DNA of 57,568 nucleotides, filler included, from Platydemus manokwari (taxonomy: Eukaryota), in assembly GCA_037951405.1 (NCBI GenBank). It is 5 parts of 5 records of this genome, joined end to end, with 100 filler letters (N's around TTAATTAATTAA, not from the genome) between each part and the next. Parts side by side here need not be neighbours in the genome. Positions count along the whole stretch, not along the records: positions 42,299 to 57,568 come from JBBMOY011311427.1; 4 more parts are not named here. One strand, 5' to 3'. Positions 53,166 through 57,568 of this stretch are shown here, piece by piece. The notes below the pieces were generated by a model. The model did not search any database. It saw nothing but the letters and a program-made list of their open reading frames with translations, and had not been told where the DNA came from. Each line of letters opens with the position of its first letter. Positions within the stretch are counted from its first letter, which is position 1. The position numbers and the translations under genes are program-made.

Positions 53166-54589
53166 TCTCTATTTTGATAAAGCAATTATCTCATTCATAG
53201 ATTTGTCGACTAAAAGACTTAATGAGTGAGTGCGTTTGGAGACCATTTCGAATTAATTAAAGTTAAATAAGATAAAATTTTATTATTAATTCCCATTGCT
53301 TGGCTTCTTTTTCATAATCATCAATACTTCTTTATTATCAAAAGGAGAATTCGCATTCATAACTTGCTCTTAATAATATTTTTTCTGTTTCTCAGATGTA
53401 GTCTTCTATTTACATACTTCATAATTTATTACCTTTTTGTACTTTTCTGCGCAAATATTATTTTGTAATTTTAATCATCAGATTTTCATCATTTTCAACT
53501 CTATTCTTAAATAATCTATCTTGTTTTTCGTAATTCCCGGACCATTAGGTCACAATCCTCTATAAAACTAATAGTAGGTAGGACTATTACGGCTCTCCAG
53601 CGTAAATGCATTTAAAATCTCTCACAAAAACAATAATCGGGTCGATAATTAATTTACCTCCAATTATTTTATTAATCATTTTGTTTCATTTGTAATCTAA
53701 TTTGTCCTACAATCATATTTTATCGAAATATTGCTATTGATTTTATTTTATTTATAACTGTGCTAAATTTCTATTAAACACTGTACCTACTGGCGTTAGA
53801 TTATAATAATATCTTTAATCATTAGCAATTTCTGGATCGTAACGACTTATTAATTTTAAACAATTTTGAGTTCCTTTAGACAACTTATCTAAATTAATAT
53901 CATAAACCAACGAGAACATAACAGCTTAATTCGATTTGTTAGTATATTTTGTAAAATCAATAACGTTAAAACGGTTTAGTTTCAGTTTTATCGATTTTAT
54001 TTATCCTATTTACGAAGATAATCTATGAAATCAAATTCCTAAAATAATTTTGTTGATATTTCATCACAAAACAATATATAAGCAGTAATTGTAAAAAACA
54101 ACGAAAAATAATATGACATTTGTCTTGTGCCATTTTTACTAGCAATGTAATTAAGTATTCCGAATATCTTGATACTATGTTCTACAGAAATCTTGCAGTC
54201 ATTTTATAATCCAGATTCAAATAAGCGTACTTTATAATCAAGCCTTATTTTTAAAATTATTATAAAAAAGGCTTTATTACTGCAAACAATATTCATTATA
54301 CTGTTTGATATAGACAGCAGCCTGATAATAATAAATCATAATATATAAATTTTTCAAATTTTCGATGAGTCACATAAAAACAAAGAAATATATAAATACA
54401 TGAAAATTCAAATTTAAAAATAGATTCAATTAAATCTATAAATAGATCAAATAATTTAAAAGATCTAAAAATAGTAACCATTAATAATAACCATTGAAAA
54501 TGGTATCATTACAATACTAATATAGAAAAAGAATAATATCAAGAACATCGGCTGTTTCCATTAAAATTTATTGCTTTAAAAATATCAGG

Positions 54590-55290
54590 TACCGGAAAAG
54601 AAAACTTCTCGATCTGTTCGTTTAAATTTCTGAAGTCTAATCACGTCCTGATCGATCCATCCTACTTTGGAACCACGACCAAAAGAGAGTTCCAAGGACT
54701 CTTGCAAGGCGTTATAACATTACTTTGAAGAAGATTTTCTATAAATTCTTGAATTTTTCCTTTTAAATTTATTGGCTGCCTTCTGGGGTTTTGAGTAATG
54801 GGTTCCCCTTTTGTACAGATTTTCTGCTTCACCAAATCGATTAGTCCCAAATCAAACCGAGACGCCATAAAAATTGAGCCATTTTCTTTTAAACTCCTAT
54901 TCAAAGAAATGTCATTCTTATCAGCAATACTCTTCAGTGCCATTTCGATTCGGTCTTGGTCGGCGTATTTCTTTCTCACATCCTTGGCATCAATTGATTC
55001 TATCCCTGCAAGGAATATTCCACAAGTCTTCATCATATCAACACCTCCGATAAATCCTAGTGAAATTTCTTTTACTACAATGATCTCCTTTACTAGAATT
55101 TTGTTGTTCCAAACTATTGGGATCCTTATTTTCCATAGACACGATTTGCGTGTATTAGAGAATACATCAGCCAATCGAACATCAGAATTTCTAATCTGCG
55201 GCTCTCCAATGCGTCTCAAATTGCTTTTATTAATTAATGTTATCGATGCACCAAAATCCCATAAAATTTCAATATGTTGCTCTTAGTTTT
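54590..55290 (-). mobile_element. Ty3/gypsy pol fragment (protease to start of RT), degenerate
   Basis: ILWDFGASITLI (protease motif) ... PITQNPRRQP...IENLLQSNVITPCKSPWNSLLVVVPK*DGSIRT*LDFRNLNE. Confidence 0.9.
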
Positions 55291-55399
55291 ACTCCACTGT
55301 CTACCATCTGCTTTCTGATACATCTGTGAATGCTTCTTCTTCATCTTGCCGTCTTTCTTCTTTACTTCTACTCTCCTACTGAGCATATGTTTTATTGAT

Positions 55400-55800
55400 A
55401 ATGTTTATGGGCTTCGTCAGAGTTCACTTCTCAAAATTGACAGCCTGGAGAAATACCTTGAGAAGAAGAAAAACAGCATGCACATATGCTTCTTGGATAT
55501 TAAGGAAGCATTTCCATCTATCCATAGAGAAATCCTATTTACTATTTTATCACGGATGGGAATGGACGATGCTGCTATTCAAATTATCAGATGACTTTTC
55601 AAAAACTGCAAGACGCAATGGCAAATCCTAAGAAATCTGGATAAAAATAGAGGTTAGATAGAGCTGCCACATTAAAATAAATCCTATATTGACTTAGATG
55701 GATGACGAACAAAATTGTGAAATAATGTTAGCTGGACATAAGATCACGGCCCTATCCAATACAAATGACAAACTGGTAAACATCAACACTACTGATGAGT
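55400..55800 (+). mobile_element. Non-LTR (LINE) reverse transcriptase fragment
   Basis: LEKYLEKKKNSMHICFLDIKEAFPSIHREILFTILSRMGM matches the RT motif FLD..KAFD.V....L...L...G. Confidence 0.8.
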
Positions 55801-57568
55801 TTGTTTGCTCAGAGAATGAAGAGATTTTCGATAAATTGAGCTGAAATTCACTAGATTTAGAATATGAAGAAGCAAACTTTGATGTTTAGACCTGCCACTA
55901 TCTGGGGAAGATATCAGACCTCATATAAATCGTCTCATTTATAATCTGTTTATATAATACATATTAGTAGATGTTTATTATATGGTACCATTAAATTTAT
56001 TCCACTCGATTATTTCATTTTTCCAGTATTTATTATGCACGATAATAGGTATCAGATAATTGTCAATATTATTGCATGATAATATATAACGGGTTATTTG
56101 TTAATATTATTTCACGATTAAGCTTATTAGAGAAAAATTTTAGTGTATCTTTTAGATATTATTAAATATTTATGTTTACTAATGAGTGACGAATCCAACA
56201 CATGTTATAAATATTCAAAATTATTTTTTATAAATATATAAGAATTTAGAGTGGTGATTGTTAGATTTTGGGTTTTTGTTCGGTTCAACTTGTTTGTCTG
56301 ACTCCGAATGCTGGTTATGTTAGTATTATAGAAAATGATTTGGAAATCAATATGATATGAGATAAATAATAACGATGTAAATCTGAGCAGGTGTAATTAA
56401 CAATAACAAATGACAGTAAATACAATCAAAACGTTTGTGTAATGGTTTTAGTTCTCTAATCTATATTAAAAACAGAACCGGCGGGATGTTACCTCACTCG
56501 ACCGGTAAAGAAAATATTGGTGATATGATGGCTAGTAGTACAATCAACTGTACCTATATATGAAAAAGGAAAAACGAAGTTGGTACTTAATATGAAAAGT
56601 ATTGGACTCCATGGATGCAGTACTGCTTTAAGAAAAATCACTTGACAGAGTCTCTTATCGGAATCGTTCACTAAATCCGCTGTTGAAAATTATGGTAACT
56701 GGGATCTGGTAACTGCTGTCGAATTGTGGTTGACTTGAGTGATGGTAAATCAAAATCTTGCCTGGAAATTGTAGCTGATGCAAGCTAGGTACTCAAATTG
56801 ACTATAATTTATAGCTAACGAATTTTATGGCTAATGCAAATTTTGGTTAATAAAAACTGCGGTGAATATAAATCAAAATATAACAGCGAAAAATTATGGG
56901 CGTCAGAAATTGTATCTCTCTTACCTAGTGTGCTCGATATTTATAATTTCTCTATTCTCGTGCTGCCTAAATTTGGCTATGTGAATTAGTAATAAGTACT
57001 TCCGCATTTAATTTATGATTGGAAAAACGCACACAAATTTTTCAATTGAGGTATTTTTGTGTTTTCGTCAATTATTAATTAATTAATTAATTAAGATTTT
57101 CGGGTGTGATTCCCAACAAATATGAAATACTGGTTTCCATATATATATAATTTTTATTACCTTAACTTTCAAGGGATTTATATTTTGGTCGCTTTATAAT
57201 AAATAGTGGTCAAATTTAAGATATGAAGAATATGATAAATAGTAAATATACGTATACATACGTATTTATATCGGGAATTAAATAAGAATTTCAAAGTTAT
57301 AAATGCAATTAATATTGCATTTGTGAATGAAAAAAGAGGCATAAAATTTTTTTTTAAATGAGAATTATTTTACCAAAGCAACAGGAATAATAAACAGCTT
57401 AAATATTCATTTTGTTGTACAAATCAAAAATATTAACGGAAACCATGAGAAAAACATCCTAATAATCTATACTTACAAGCAGAATAAAAACTCTTAGGAA
57501 TATCCATCATGTATAGTACAAGATAATAAATTTACTTTACTAATTAGTAAACAATAATTTTTAACTGT

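Overview
Very AT-rich eukaryotic (metazoan, invertebrate-like) draft-genome DNA with compact GT-AG introns, many only about 37-61 bp. It is not one contiguous locus: four identical 100-bp spacers (44 N + TTAATTAATTAA + 44 N) appear to join separate contigs, and genes are cut off at them. Spliced genes that could be reconstructed by hand: SCYL2-like pseudokinase (-), an indoleamine 2,3-dioxygenase-like gene with intact 5' exons and a decayed 3' part (+, absent from the ORF track), MED25 (+), a partial DNMBP/Tuba-type DH-BAR-SH3 RhoGEF (+), a partial classical protein tyrosine phosphatase (+) and a glial cells missing (GCM) transcription factor (-). Also present: an orphan degenerate rDNA piece (5.8S-ITS2-28S 5' end), relics of mariner, pogo, hAT, Ty3/gypsy and LINE elements, a MITE, tandem repeats, and a 575-bp LTR-like unit with TA...TA termini containing a 22-bp hairpin. 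I found no convincing wholly new multi-gene system. The best leads are the LTR/hairpin unit, the disrupted IDO next to the rDNA fragment, and the possibly kinase-only SCYL2. All homology calls come from remembered family motifs, not from database searches.
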